Shown here piece after piece: positions 8,551 through 18,323 of a stretch of 64,000 bases of DNA (positions within the stretch are counted from its first letter, which is position 1; each line of letters opens with the position of its first letter). The DNA comes from Thermoprotei archaeon (GTDB lineage: Archaea; Thermoproteota; Thermoprotei; QMSL01; B3-G16). The DNA lies in the NCBI GenBank assembly GCA_021162845.1, contig JAGGXX010000054.1, positions 4,537 to 68,536 on the forward strand, in the 5' to 3' direction. The notes beneath the pieces are model-generated. The model did no database searches. It saw only the letters and a list, made by a program, of their open reading frames with translations, and was not told the origin of the DNA. Position numbers and translations under genes: made by a program.

Positions 8551-9687
8551 TCATCTCGTCACTTCAACAAACTCATCAACAGACTTAATTAGTTCAGGCT
8601 TGGCTCCACCTGTTATGGACGTTACACGCTCTATGAAGCCCTTAATCTCATCTTTTCCGACCAGCACTCCTACCTCGATATGGAACTCTCGTGACTCCTG
8701 AGGCTTTAAGAACTGTAAGGTCCCCCAGGCCCGCTCCTTATCCCTTCCCATTACAAGACAGTTAGCAGGCTCCATGCCGACTACGTAGGTTCCTTCGCCG
8801 TTCATCTTCCATTCTATGAAGCGATGTAAGGTATCCTTTTTATACTTTAAGTATACGCCTATGCCTTCGCCCCTGAACCTCTCGTTTATCAGACCTGCGT
8901 AGACGAAACCATTCTTATCTGGTAGCATATCATGGAAGTAAACGCGCTCTCTAAAGCCTTCAGTTGGTGCTTGAAATACATCAAATTCCTCGACGCCCTC
9001 CCATGCCTCTTCGTCTCGAGGAACGTATCTAATCGAGGTCGTGACGAGCCGAGAGCCTGCGTCCACTATAGGGAAACCTATGTTGAAGTGGTATAGGATC
9101 ATGAATGGTTGGGTTTCCCAGCCCTCATTGGTCACAATGTCATGTATGAATATGCGTCGTTCTCCCAACTTGGCCTCTATTCTTCTATGTAATACCATAT
9201 TAGGCCCAAAGACCTTAGCCTCGCGTACTTCGCCTTCGACGAATATCACGTAATCGTCTCCTTCCCACGATCCACCTGCGCGTACTCCCTTGGCCGGCGT
9301 ATAGGATATCCTTCCATGAAGGCCTAACTCCTCGCCCTCATCTACTGTAGGGGCACCTGCGTATGTTAGACCACAGGTGGTCAATAAGCCGCCGAAGAAG
9401 CCCCTGAGCCAACCGAACTTCTCCGGTTCAAAGAAGGCTGGGCCTACGATGCCCGTCTGGCTGATCCATCCTAACGGGACGCCTTTATACTCGGCATTAG
9501 CGATATCCATACCTCTATCCATTAGAACGAGAAAGCTGAGCTCACCTGTCCTTACGAGGGCTGCTCGGACTCCACGCTCGCTTCCCTCTACCAGTTCCAG
9601 TAGCTTTACCCCGCCCACTTGCTCTATGCTCCCAATGCGCTTGAGAAGTTCTTCACGGCTGTACTCAACTCCATATAAGAGCACCAT
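8551..9687 (-). CDS. hypothetical protein, possibly galactose-mutarotase-like (aldose 1-epimerase superfamily) fold
   Basis: 378-aa soluble protein with no diagnostic catalytic motif I recognise. It sits beside a sugar phosphate isomerase/epimerase gene. Confidence 0.3.
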   Translation of the reverse strand: MVLLYGVEYSREELLKRIGSIEQVGGVKLLELVEGSERGVRAALVRTGELSFLVLMDRGMDIANAEYKGVPLGWISQTGIVGPAFFEPEKFGWLRGFFGGLLTTCGLTYAGAPTVDEGEELGLHGRISYTPAKGVRAGGSWEGDDYVIFVEGEVREAKVFGPNMVLHRRIEAKLGERRIFIHDIVTNEGWETQPFMILYHFNIGFPIVDAGSRLVTTSIRYVPRDEEAWEGVEEFDVFQAPTEGFRERVYFHDMLPDKNGFVYAGLINERFRGEGIGVYLKYKKDTLHRFIEWKMNGEGTYVVGMEPANCLVMGRDKERAWGTLQFLKPQESREFHIEVGVLVGKDEIKGFIERVTSITGGAKPELIKSVDEFVEVTR

Positions 9688-9741
9688 GTCGTCGCCCCAG
9701 CGAATTCTTATGTTAACACAAGGACTATATAATTAACCACG

Positions 9742-10533
9742 TCATGCTGGGAGTAAACGCCTTAAATAGGCGAGGCTCTCCCTTACAACTAAATCCTCGT
9801 CTCCCTCATTGAGATATACGCTTATGAACACTGGTCCCTTAAAGCCCATCCCAAGGAGCTTCTTTATGATGCTCGGGACATCCAATGTTCCCCTTCCAAG
9901 CGCTACATCGATAGGCTTGGAGTTCACTATTCTATAGTCGCGTAGCTTGACCAGTACTATGTAGTCTGAGAGGAAGTTTAACGATGATATGGGATCCTCA
10001 CCTAACCACATGGGGTTAGCTGTGTCAAACGCTATCTTAAGGCGTTCATGAGCACAGCTGTTCAACACCTCTAGTAATTCCCTTGAGGTGAGGTCCCCGT
10101 GATTCTCGATGGCGAGTACAACATCGTGTTCATCAGCATAAGGTATTATCTTTCGTAGGTTCTCGACTATTAGGTTTATTTGAGGCCGTTTAGGAAGGCC
10201 TGGGATAGCCCCACCTACGATCTTAACTAAGGAGGCATCTAGGGTCTCTGCCATCTCGATAGCCCTCATGGTCATCTTAACCGCTCTATCAGCCGACGAG
10301 CCTTTCCTGACATAGCCTATGGAACACGAAATCGCAGGCTCAAGTCCATAGCGTTCAAGGAGCTCCTTAGTGTGTCTTAGGTCTGAGGCCTTGAGGAATA
10401 TGTCCTCTATGAGCACGGCTTGAACCCCTAAGTTATGGAGTCTTATCAATAGTCTGTTAAGGTCCAGCATCCTCTTGCTTAAGATGCTCAGGTGATAGCT
10501 ATAGGAGTCGACGCCGATTTTCATGCATGGCAT
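9742..10533 (-). CDS. sugar phosphate isomerase/epimerase (xylose isomerase-like TIM barrel)
   Basis: Sequence MKIGVDSYSYHLS..., with a layout typical of the AP endonuclease 2 / xylose isomerase-like TIM-barrel family. Confidence 0.55.
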   Translation of the reverse strand: MPCMKIGVDSYSYHLSILSKRMLDLNRLLIRLHNLGVQAVLIEDIFLKASDLRHTKELLERYGLEPAISCSIGYVRKGSSADRAVKMTMRAIEMAETLDASLVKIVGGAIPGLPKRPQINLIVENLRKIIPYADEHDVVLAIENHGDLTSRELLEVLNSCAHERLKIAFDTANPMWLGEDPISSLNFLSDYIVLVKLRDYRIVNSKPIDVALGRGTLDVPSIIKKLLGMGFKGPVFISVYLNEGDEDLVVRESLAYLRRLLPA

Positions 10534-10647
10534 CCTCCTTCAACTACCCTCCGCTAATGTCTTCATCGCCTTTAGGTCCCTTATATTTAATCAGCTCCAT
10601 GATATGAGCCTTGGTTGAGGTTCTGCCCGGGCACGATAGAAAGACAT

Positions 10648-10669
10648 AATTTACGACTATTCGTAAATT
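10648..10669. promoter_or_regulatory. perfect 9-4-9 inverted repeat AATTTACGA-CTAT-TCGTAAATT overlapping the TATA-like region 11 bp upstream of the DtxR-family gene ATG
   Basis: Seen directly in the sequence. The arms are exact reverse complements. It lies in the divergent intergenic region between 10533 and 10680. Confidence 0.5.
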
Positions 10670-10679
10670 GTTAGATGGA

Positions 10680-11333
10680 ATGCTCTATAAGCATGGGGTT
10701 AGTAGGGTCATCGAAGACTATTTGGTGACTATAATTAGGTTGGAAGAGGAATACGGCGTAGCTAAGACGGGGGACATAGCTTTATCGCTAAATGTCTCAC
10801 CGGGAACCGTCACAAATACTTTAGTTAGATTGAAGAAGATGGGACTCATAGAGCGAACACCTTATAAGGGCGTAAGGCTGACCGAGAGGGGGAGACAGCT
10901 CGCACTCGATATCTTAAAGAGGCATCGGCTCGTCGAACGGCTATTAACCGACGTGTTGGGCGTGGAATGGTATAAGGTTCACGAAATAGCTCACAAACTT
11001 GAACATGGTGTTAATGGCATAGAGAGGTATTTAGAGAACGTGTTGGGCCCTGTGAGCACGTGCCCCCATGGCAATCCGATACTGATGGAGAAGAAGCGTC
11101 AGCATGAAGTGCCCATGGCCCAGATAAGAAAGAGAGGTGCCTATGTGGTTGTTAGGATCGTGATGGAGGATGAGGATACGCTTAAGTATCTTGAGGAACG
11201 AGGGATCAAACCAGGTACCATCTTTATATTTGAAGAACGGGATGTCGATAAGGTTAAGATCAAGATAGGCGAAGAGATCATCATCTTAGATGGGAAGTTC
11301 CCACGGGCTATAATTGTCCGAGAGGCGAAGTAG
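10680..11333 (+). CDS. DtxR/MntR-family metal-dependent transcriptional repressor with C-terminal SH3-like (FeoA-like) domain
   Basis: N-terminus MLYKHGVSRVIEDYLVTIIRLEEEYGVAKTGDIALSLNVSPGTVTNTL is a DtxR-type HTH. The C-terminal ~70 aa resemble an SH3-like domain. The track ORF starts at an upstream in-frame TTG (10668); I prefer the ATG at 10680. It is immediately followed by feoA with an adjacent stop/start. Confidence 0.75.
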   Translation: MLYKHGVSRVIEDYLVTIIRLEEEYGVAKTGDIALSLNVSPGTVTNTLVRLKKMGLIERTPYKGVRLTERGRQLALDILKRHRLVERLLTDVLGVEWYKVHEIAHKLEHGVNGIERYLENVLGPVSTCPHGNPILMEKKRQHEVPMAQIRKRGAYVVVRIVMEDEDTLKYLEERGIKPGTIFIFEERDVDKVKIKIGEEIIILDGKFPRAIIVREAK

Positions 11334-11579
11334 ATGAGCTGGACCGTAATACCGCTATTGATGTTGAATCCTGGAGAGGAGGGGGAAGTAATTCAGATAG
11401 ATGGGGGATGGGGCATTGTTAGACGATTAGCTGAACTAGGCATCTACCCAGGGGCCATAGTTAGGATGATGAATAAGAGCTGGGGACCTGTAGTGATCCT
11501 GGTATCGGGGGTTCGGATAGCGATAGGGAGAGGGATGGCTAGGAGGATATTAGTAAGGCCAATAAGGCGATCCTTATGA
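11334..11579 (+). CDS. feoA: ferrous iron transport protein A (FeoA, SH3-like)
   Basis: 81 aa: ...GEEGEVIQIDGGWGIVRRLAELGIYPGAIVRMMNKSWGPVVILVSGVRIAIGRGMA. It overlaps the feoB start by 4 nt. Confidence 0.7.
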   Translation: MSWTVIPLLMLNPGEEGEVIQIDGGWGIVRRLAELGIYPGAIVRMMNKSWGPVVILVSGVRIAIGRGMARRILVRPIRRSL

Positions 11580-13624
11580 AGAAAATAGTGGTGGCCTTAG
11601 CGGGTAACCCTAACGTCGGAAAATCAACTCTATTCAATGCGCTCACCGGACTACGACAGTATACCGCGAACTGGCCCGGTAAGACCGTGGAGAGGAAGGA
11701 GGGTATACTGGAGTACATGGGCTATGAGATCAGGGTCGTGGACCTACCAGGAACATATAGCCTCACAGCCTACTCGCTCGAGGAGGTCCTGGCTAGGCGC
11801 TTTATAGTTGAGGAGAAACCCGATGTGGTTGTACATGTAGCTAACTCTACCACTTTAGAGAAGGACCTCTACCTGACCATACAGCTCCTCGAGTTGACGG
11901 ACAAGGTAATATTGGCGCTTAATATGATAGACGTGGCGGAATCGAGGGGCATTAAGATAGACGTCCGCAGGCTCTCTAAGGAATTAGGCATTCCAGTCAT
12001 AGCTATGAGCGCAACTAAGAAGATAGGAATAGGGGAGTTGCTTAGGACTATAATAGGGGTAAGCGAGGGGAAGGTGAGGACCAAACCTTTGAGGATAAGC
12101 TATGGCGCGGAACTCGAGGAGATCATAGGGAAGCTCACGGCTAAGCTCAGGGGATACGACCTTACCGGCTATCATCCTAGGTGGGTAGCGTTAAAGATAC
12201 TTGAAGGAGATCCCGAGGCACTGGAGATAGTGAGAAAACTGCCTGAGGGAGATGCGATACTGAGCTCCCTGTCTTCGTTAGGTCTACCGGTGACGTGCCC
12301 GTTATTAGCCGATGAGAAGGACGAGAGGAAGAGGCCTCCATGCTCCTATTGCGTTAGGATCGGTAACAGCCTTACATGCGTTCTGATAGCGACTAAGAGA
12401 CGCATACTAGCTAAGAACCTAGTTAAGCTTACCGTGAGGGGACCCCGTTTGAGGACAAGGAGCGAGATGGTGGATAAGATCGTACTTCATAAATTATTAG
12501 GACCCATGGTACTGTTATGCGTATTCGCTAGCGCATTCATCTTAGTCTTCACAGCAGGAAAGTGGATCTCAGATCTCCTGACCATGGGAGTAGAGGAGGC
12601 GTTCTCCCTCATAGAGGCATATCTCGCAGGGTTATTGCCTCCTCTAATTTACGATATCATAACGGGGGCCGTGTTCTCCGCGATAGTCACAGTAGTTTCT
12701 TTTATACCGTTGATAATTATGTTCTTCTTAGTCTACTCAGTAATGGAGGACAGCGGGTACTTAGCTAGGGTAGCGGTGATAATGGATAGGTTCATGCATG
12801 CACTGGGGCTTCACGGTAAGGCCTTCTTAAGTGTGATAATGGCCTTTGGATGTAACGTCCCCGGCGTAATGGCAACACGAGCTCTCGAGAGTGAGAGGGA
12901 TAGGCTGATAGCCATATTGATCAACCCGTTAGTCCCATGTGCGGCTAGAATAGGGGTAATGGCGTTCATAGTCAGCCTTTTCTTCAGTGGCTTTAAGGCC
13001 ACTTTAGTCATGTTGAGCTTGATAATGATAAGCCTCTTATTAGTAGCCTTAACAGGCATAATACTCAATAGGCTTTTCAGAGGAGAACGGGGGCGAGAGC
13101 TGATAATAGAGCTCCCCGAGTATAGGATGCCCTCCCTTAGGAATGTATTATTGCTGACTTGGCCCAGAGTGAAGGAGTTCCTAAGGAGGGCAGGTACCCT
13201 CATAATGCTGGGTACAGTCATCATATGGGTGCTTTACACGTTCCCTACTGGTGAAATGGAAACCAGCTATGGAGGGCAGCTGGGGAAGGCCCTAGAGCCA
13301 ATAGGGGGAATCATGGGGCTTGACTGGAGAGCGATAACCTCGTTGATATTCGGCCTCTTGGCTAAGGAGCAGGTATTGGCCGCGATGAGCGTTATCTATG
13401 GATCGGAGCTAACGAGGATATTGAGGATGAGCTGGACGCCCTTACAGGCATTTACGTTCCTCGTGGTATTCATGATCTATGAACCGTGCATAGCCACCAT
13501 AGCTACCATAAGGAGGGAGACGAATAGTTGGTTATGGACATCGATATCGCTTACATATACGATCGCTTTAGCGATATTAATGGGTGCCTTAACGTTTAAC
13601 ATAGGGCGGTTGATTTCCTCGTGA
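11576..13624 (+). CDS. feoB: ferrous iron transporter B (FeoB; N-terminal G-domain plus polytopic membrane domain)
   Basis: The G1 motif GNPNVGKSTLFNALTG and DLPGTYSL are typical of the FeoB G-domain. A large membrane region follows with duplicated gate motifs. Confidence 0.9.
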   Translation: MKKIVVALAGNPNVGKSTLFNALTGLRQYTANWPGKTVERKEGILEYMGYEIRVVDLPGTYSLTAYSLEEVLARRFIVEEKPDVVVHVANSTTLEKDLYLTIQLLELTDKVILALNMIDVAESRGIKIDVRRLSKELGIPVIAMSATKKIGIGELLRTIIGVSEGKVRTKPLRISYGAELEEIIGKLTAKLRGYDLTGYHPRWVALKILEGDPEALEIVRKLPEGDAILSSLSSLGLPVTCPLLADEKDERKRPPCSYCVRIGNSLTCVLIATKRRILAKNLVKLTVRGPRLRTRSEMVDKIVLHKLLGPMVLLCVFASAFILVFTAGKWISDLLTMGVEEAFSLIEAYLAGLLPPLIYDIITGAVFSAIVTVVSFIPLIIMFFLVYSVMEDSGYLARVAVIMDRFMHALGLHGKAFLSVIMAFGCNVPGVMATRALESERDRLIAILINPLVPCAARIGVMAFIVSLFFSGFKATLVMLSLIMISLLLVALTGIILNRLFRGERGRELIIELPEYRMPSLRNVLLLTWPRVKEFLRRAGTLIMLGTVIIWVLYTFPTGEMETSYGGQLGKALEPIGGIMGLDWRAITSLIFGLLAKEQVLAAMSVIYGSELTRILRMSWTPLQAFTFLVVFMIYEPCIATIATIRRETNSWLWTSISLTYTIALAILMGALTFNIGRLISS

Positions 13625-13631
13625 TGAGGCC

Positions 13632-14744
13632 TTATATCCTCACTAATCGGTATTCCGATGATCCTAGGCGCAGTTGTTCGGCATATTTTACTTGTAGGTA
13701 AGGATCTATGCCGTAGATCCTCATGAACTTATTCTCGCCTTTGTTCATTACCCTTATCCTGCCTCCAGGGCCCGCTTGTCCAGGTATTCCCTGTGCCTCA
13801 TTTATTAGATCAAGTGAGGCCTTTTCTATAGCCACGATATCCCTGGAGGCAAGGATGCCTTGATCGGGCACTATCGGTATCGTGGACCAAGGCGTGCAAT
13901 CGCATGCAAACGTGACATCCATCACGAAGTTCAAATAACCTATCTTGCCTTTTTCAAAGGTGCTTATCACGGCCGCCGCTGCGTCCACAAGGGCCATGAG
14001 GAACTTATCTATACCTCTCTTAGGCCAAGATAACGCCCTAGTAGGGCAGGTCCATACACAACGATAGCACCTAACGCACTTGTCCTCATCTATAATTACT
14101 CTACCTTCCTCGATTCTTACCGCACCATGATCACAGCTTGAGACGCAGTTACCACAGAGCTCGCACCTTTCGGGATGCCACTCCGGGATCCCGCCGCCTA
14201 ATACGGAGTGTATGAGCTTCTTCTCGGAGGAACATACACAACCCATCCCCAAATTCTTGAGCGCACCACCATAGGACGCCATTCTATGGCCCTTAGCATG
14301 GGTGACTACTATCATAGCATCGGCGTCAGCTATGGCAGATGCTACTTTTACCTCTTTCAGTACAAGTCCGTTCACCTTAATGAGGCGATAATCTTCTCCC
14401 TTTATGCCGTCGGCTATGATGACCGGGGCTCCTACGGATAAGTAGTTTATACCCTGCATGTTCGCTATCTCGAGATAGTCAAGCGATGGTGGCCTGCAGG
14501 TATCCGTTACGAACGGCTTTCCTCCTACCTCTTTTACCGCCTCGACCACCTTCCTTATGAAAGGAGGCCTAACTATGCGGAACCCGCCTTTGGAGCCCAG
14601 ATGCATTTTAATGGCGACCATATCACCTTTTTCGACTATTTCGTCTATCCCGATTCTCTTAAGCAACTCATCTACCTTAGTCAGAGGGCTCTCCTTAATA
14701 CTCAGCTCCTTTAATATCGCATCAGCCATGAATACCTCACTCAT
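13632..14744 (-). CDS. DUF362-family protein with inserted 2x[4Fe-4S] ferredoxin domain
   Basis: Two clusters CELCGNCVSSCDHGAV and CVRCYRCVWTCPTRA (CxxCxxCxxxCP x2) are embedded in a DUF362-like scaffold. Confidence 0.55.
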   Translation of the reverse strand: MSEVFMADAILKELSIKESPLTKVDELLKRIGIDEIVEKGDMVAIKMHLGSKGGFRIVRPPFIRKVVEAVKEVGGKPFVTDTCRPPSLDYLEIANMQGINYLSVGAPVIIADGIKGEDYRLIKVNGLVLKEVKVASAIADADAMIVVTHAKGHRMASYGGALKNLGMGCVCSSEKKLIHSVLGGGIPEWHPERCELCGNCVSSCDHGAVRIEEGRVIIDEDKCVRCYRCVWTCPTRALSWPKRGIDKFLMALVDAAAAVISTFEKGKIGYLNFVMDVTFACDCTPWSTIPIVPDQGILASRDIVAIEKASLDLINEAQGIPGQAGPGGRIRVMNKGENKFMRIYGIDPYLQVKYAEQLRLGSSEYRLVRI

Positions 14745-14870
14745 TGATTGACCCCCTCTATATGTTAGTACAGGATTTAAATGATAAGCATACGAAATAG
14801 GCTCGCCGCCTGAGGGAAACGCTTTAAAATAGGTGTGCCTGAATCTTCTGAAAAAGAAGACTGATCACCT

Positions 14871-15983
14871 ATGTCCGGGTACTTTATATCTAAACTTAAA
14901 CAGGCTGAGTACGCATTTACCTTTGAGGATTTCATACTCCTCCCAGGAAGGACGAGCGTTGATCCTAAGGAAGTTGATATCTCGAGTAAGTTCAGCGTCA
15001 ATATAAAGTTGAAATTGCCTTTCGTCTCCTCACCGATGGACACGGTTACCGAAGCTGAAATGGCGATAGCCATGGCCGAAAATGGAGGCATAGGAGTGCT
15101 TCATAGGAACTGTACCGTCGAGGAACAAGTCAAAATGGCCATTGAAGTCAGAAGGTATATGGCCGATTGCGTAGGAGCCACCTTAAATAGGGATGGCGAG
15201 CTTGCCTGTGCTGCGGCGATATCGCCCTTTGACGTCAATAGGGCTTTAAAATTGAGCAGGTATGTAGATGCATTAGTCATAGATGTGGCTCATTTCCATA
15301 ACGAGAAAGTAATCAAGGCCACCAAGAAATTATTGAAGTTAGTGAATGTAGACGTAATAGTCGGTAATTTAGGTACATATGAGGCCGCGGAAGAAGTAAT
15401 CACTACTCTAGATACGGTAGCGGGCCTCAGGGTCGGTATAGGCTCTGGGTCCATATGCATTACAAGCCATTACATGCGTGTAGGAGCTCCCACGCTATTT
15501 GCAACAGCTCAGGTAGCGGACGCCTTAAAGGACTATGGCGCGGATATACCGATCATAGCGGATGGCGGAATTAAAGGGCCTGGAGACATAGCGCTAGCCT
15601 TCGCCGTAGGAGCCTCTACAGCGATGTTAGGAAACCTACTGGCACGATGTGAGGAATCAGCTGGGGAAATGGTAATAGTTGATGGGAGGCGTTACAAGAG
15701 GTACCGCGGTATGGCTAGCCCAGGGGCGATGGCACGAAGGTACGCTCTTGATAGGTATAGCCATCCATCTAAGGACATAGCGGAGGGCGTAGAGGGATTA
15801 GTACCCTGTGAGGGAAAGGTTAGGGACGTATTACTGAAGCTCGCCTCTGGCCTAAAGGTATCTATGGGATACGTGGGAGCTAGCAATATAAGGGAGATGT
15901 GGACTAAGGCTAGGCTTCTAAGGGTGAGTAATGTAGGACTACGTGAGCTAGGGCCCCATGACATAATCAGGATTAACTTATAG
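14871..15983 (+). CDS. IMP dehydrogenase/GMP reductase-family protein lacking the CBS subdomain
   Basis: Catalytic-loop signature GIGSGSICITSHYMRVGAPTLFA (GxGxGSICxT) and a nucleotide-binding region IIADGGIKGPGDIALAFAVGAS. At 370 aa there is no CBS pair insert. Confidence 0.6.
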   Translation: MSGYFISKLKQAEYAFTFEDFILLPGRTSVDPKEVDISSKFSVNIKLKLPFVSSPMDTVTEAEMAIAMAENGGIGVLHRNCTVEEQVKMAIEVRRYMADCVGATLNRDGELACAAAISPFDVNRALKLSRYVDALVIDVAHFHNEKVIKATKKLLKLVNVDVIVGNLGTYEAAEEVITTLDTVAGLRVGIGSGSICITSHYMRVGAPTLFATAQVADALKDYGADIPIIADGGIKGPGDIALAFAVGASTAMLGNLLARCEESAGEMVIVDGRRYKRYRGMASPGAMARRYALDRYSHPSKDIAEGVEGLVPCEGKVRDVLLKLASGLKVSMGYVGASNIREMWTKARLLRVSNVGLRELGPHDIIRINL

Positions 15984-16499
15984 CCCGAGGAGCTCAATAA
16001 AGAATACCCAAGCGTAATTCCACTTAGATCTCATATAGGGAAAGTTAAGCACCTGAATTAAGCGATAAGTGTCTTCTCACTCATGCTACAGTCCTTTTAT
16101 GAAGGAGGCCCCATTGGCAAGGCGCCCACGGATACTGACGCATATGCGTCACTTATTAACCACGGTGATCTATCGCTGTTTAATACCCAGGTCGACGATG
16201 AAGTATGGTATTTATATTAAAAAGAGGGTATCCTTCGTGGTACCTGTTCATGCGCCACCCCTAAGGATTATGGGAATCATAACGATATCCTCTTATAGGA
16301 TGGTTTTTTCTTTCGCATCCTTACGTAATCCCCCAAGGATGTGAATTCGTACCTGATCTCACTCGGCTTTATCGATTTCAGACGTGAAATTCAGATTCTA
16401 TATGTATATTGTCTCCCTTAGCGAGGGCACGTCTTCATGACCGGAAAGAGAGATAATAGCCGCGATGAGTTCAAGAGTAATCATAAATGAACATAAGAG

Positions 16500-18323
16500 A
16501 TGAGCAATAACTACTCTTGGGGTGAGCGGTACTTGCCGAGTAGGCTGTGGGATGTCTTAGGGAGCCTCATAGATGTCGCCTTGGGCCGGGAGAAGGCCGA
16601 TTTGGTGATAAAGGGGGGCATCCTTGTAGACGTATACTCAGGCGAGATACTGGAGGATATAGACGTAGCCATAAAGGGCGATAGGATAGCATACGTGGGG
16701 GATGACGCTGAGCATACCATAGGTAAGGATACCTTAGTGATGAAGGCTAGGGGGAGGTATCTAGCTCCCGGTCTTATCGACGCCCATGTACATGTGGAAA
16801 GTAGCATGCTCACGCTTACGGAGTTCTCTAAGGCCGTGATACCCAGGGGCACTACCAGCATCTTCGCTGATCCACATGAGATATGTAACGTACTTGGAGA
16901 GTACGGATTCAAACTTATGATTGAGGAAGCGAGTAAGGTACCCTTAAGAGTATATCTGCAGGTACCTTCGTGCGTTCCAGCTGCTTCATTGGAGTTCGAG
17001 ACTCCGGGGGCTGTCATGGACTCCGATATAGTGTGCAGATTAATGAAGGAACACGATGTCCTGGCCTTAGGAGAAATGATGAACTATCCGGGTGTCATAA
17101 GCAAGGATCAGGAGGTTATGAACAAGATAACATGTTCCCTAAAGTTAGGAAGGGTCGTTACCGGCCATGCACCGCTTCTGAGGGATAAGGAGCTCTCGGC
17201 GTACATAGCGGCTGGTGTAAGCTCATGTCATGAAAGCACCATGCAGGAGGAGGCATTGGAAAAACTAAGGCTTGGGATGTACGTTATGGTAAGGGAAGGG
17301 TCGGCTTGGAAAGACGTAAAGGAGGTCATTAAAATAATCACGGAGCGTAAGGTGGATTCCCGTCACGTATTGCTCGCAACCGACGATCGGCATCCGGAGG
17401 ACATACTCCGCGAAGGACATATGGACTTCGTCGTTAAGAGGGCAATAGAGGAAGGCGTAGAGCCCGTAAAAGCGATACAAATGGCGACGTTGAACACGGC
17501 ACAGTACTATAATGTTGAACAGGATATAGGCGGAATAGCGCCTGGCAGATATGCGGATATCATCGTGTTAAGGGATTTGCCTAGGATGTCCGTAGAAGCG
17601 GTCGTGCTCGGGGGTGAAATCGCCGCAAAAGAAGGGAGGCTGTTAGCTAGAATAGGCGACTTCAGATATCCTTCGGACGTTAGAAAGACCATCAGGCTTA
17701 CCAGGGAGATAGTGCCCTCTGATCTGAAGATATTAAGCAGGAGGAAAGAGGGGAGCGTAAAGGCACATGTCATTAAGATAATCGAGGGAAAGACGATTAC
17801 GGTACATGAGATATGCGAGTTATCGGTAGTTGATCATGTAGTCCAGCCTGATTTAGATAACGATATAGTTCTCGCATCGGTGGTTGAGAGACATAAGGGG
17901 ACGAATAGAGTGGGAAAGGGATTCGTTAAGGGCCTTGGCCTGAAAATAGGCGCCTTTGCGTCCTCGGTGGCCCACGATAGCCACAACATAGTGGTCGTGG
18001 GAACTAATTGGAACGACATGGCGTATGCCGTTAACGAGTTGAGGAAAAGTGGGGGAGGAATGGTAGCCGTTATGAATGGAAGTGTAGGGGCTATCGTCAG
18101 TTTACCGATAGCTGGACTTATAACGGATCGCCCCATAGAGGAAGTAGCAGACGACGTAAGAAAGCTAAGGAATGTATTAATGAATATGGGGTGTACCATA
18201 AAGTCTCCTTTCATGACCATTTCGTTACTAGCGCTTACGGTGATACCTGAGATCAGGCTCTCAGATAAGGGAGTGGTCGATGTCAATAAAGGACGTATCA
18301 TCCCGCCTATTGAGGAGGATTAG
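16500..18323 (+). CDS. ade: adenine deaminase
   Basis: Amidohydrolase metal site ...APGLIDAHVHVESSM..., and the length and layout of adenine deaminase (~600 aa). Confidence 0.8.
   Translation: MSNNYSWGERYLPSRLWDVLGSLIDVALGREKADLVIKGGILVDVYSGEILEDIDVAIKGDRIAYVGDDAEHTIGKDTLVMKARGRYLAPGLIDAHVHVESSMLTLTEFSKAVIPRGTTSIFADPHEICNVLGEYGFKLMIEEASKVPLRVYLQVPSCVPAASLEFETPGAVMDSDIVCRLMKEHDVLALGEMMNYPGVISKDQEVMNKITCSLKLGRVVTGHAPLLRDKELSAYIAAGVSSCHESTMQEEALEKLRLGMYVMVREGSAWKDVKEVIKIITERKVDSRHVLLATDDRHPEDILREGHMDFVVKRAIEEGVEPVKAIQMATLNTAQYYNVEQDIGGIAPGRYADIIVLRDLPRMSVEAVVLGGEIAAKEGRLLARIGDFRYPSDVRKTIRLTREIVPSDLKILSRRKEGSVKAHVIKIIEGKTITVHEICELSVVDHVVQPDLDNDIVLASVVERHKGTNRVGKGFVKGLGLKIGAFASSVAHDSHNIVVVGTNWNDMAYAVNELRKSGGGMVAVMNGSVGAIVSLPIAGLITDRPIEEVADDVRKLRNVLMNMGCTIKSPFMTISLLALTVIPEIRLSDKGVVDVNKGRIIPPIEED

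Noticed and set aside
16069-16344. 91-aa ORF in the long gap upstream of adenine deaminase
   Set aside because: It has an odd, Arg/Pro-rich composition, no ribosome-binding or promoter context, and no motif. It is kept only as part of the intergenic-gap observation.
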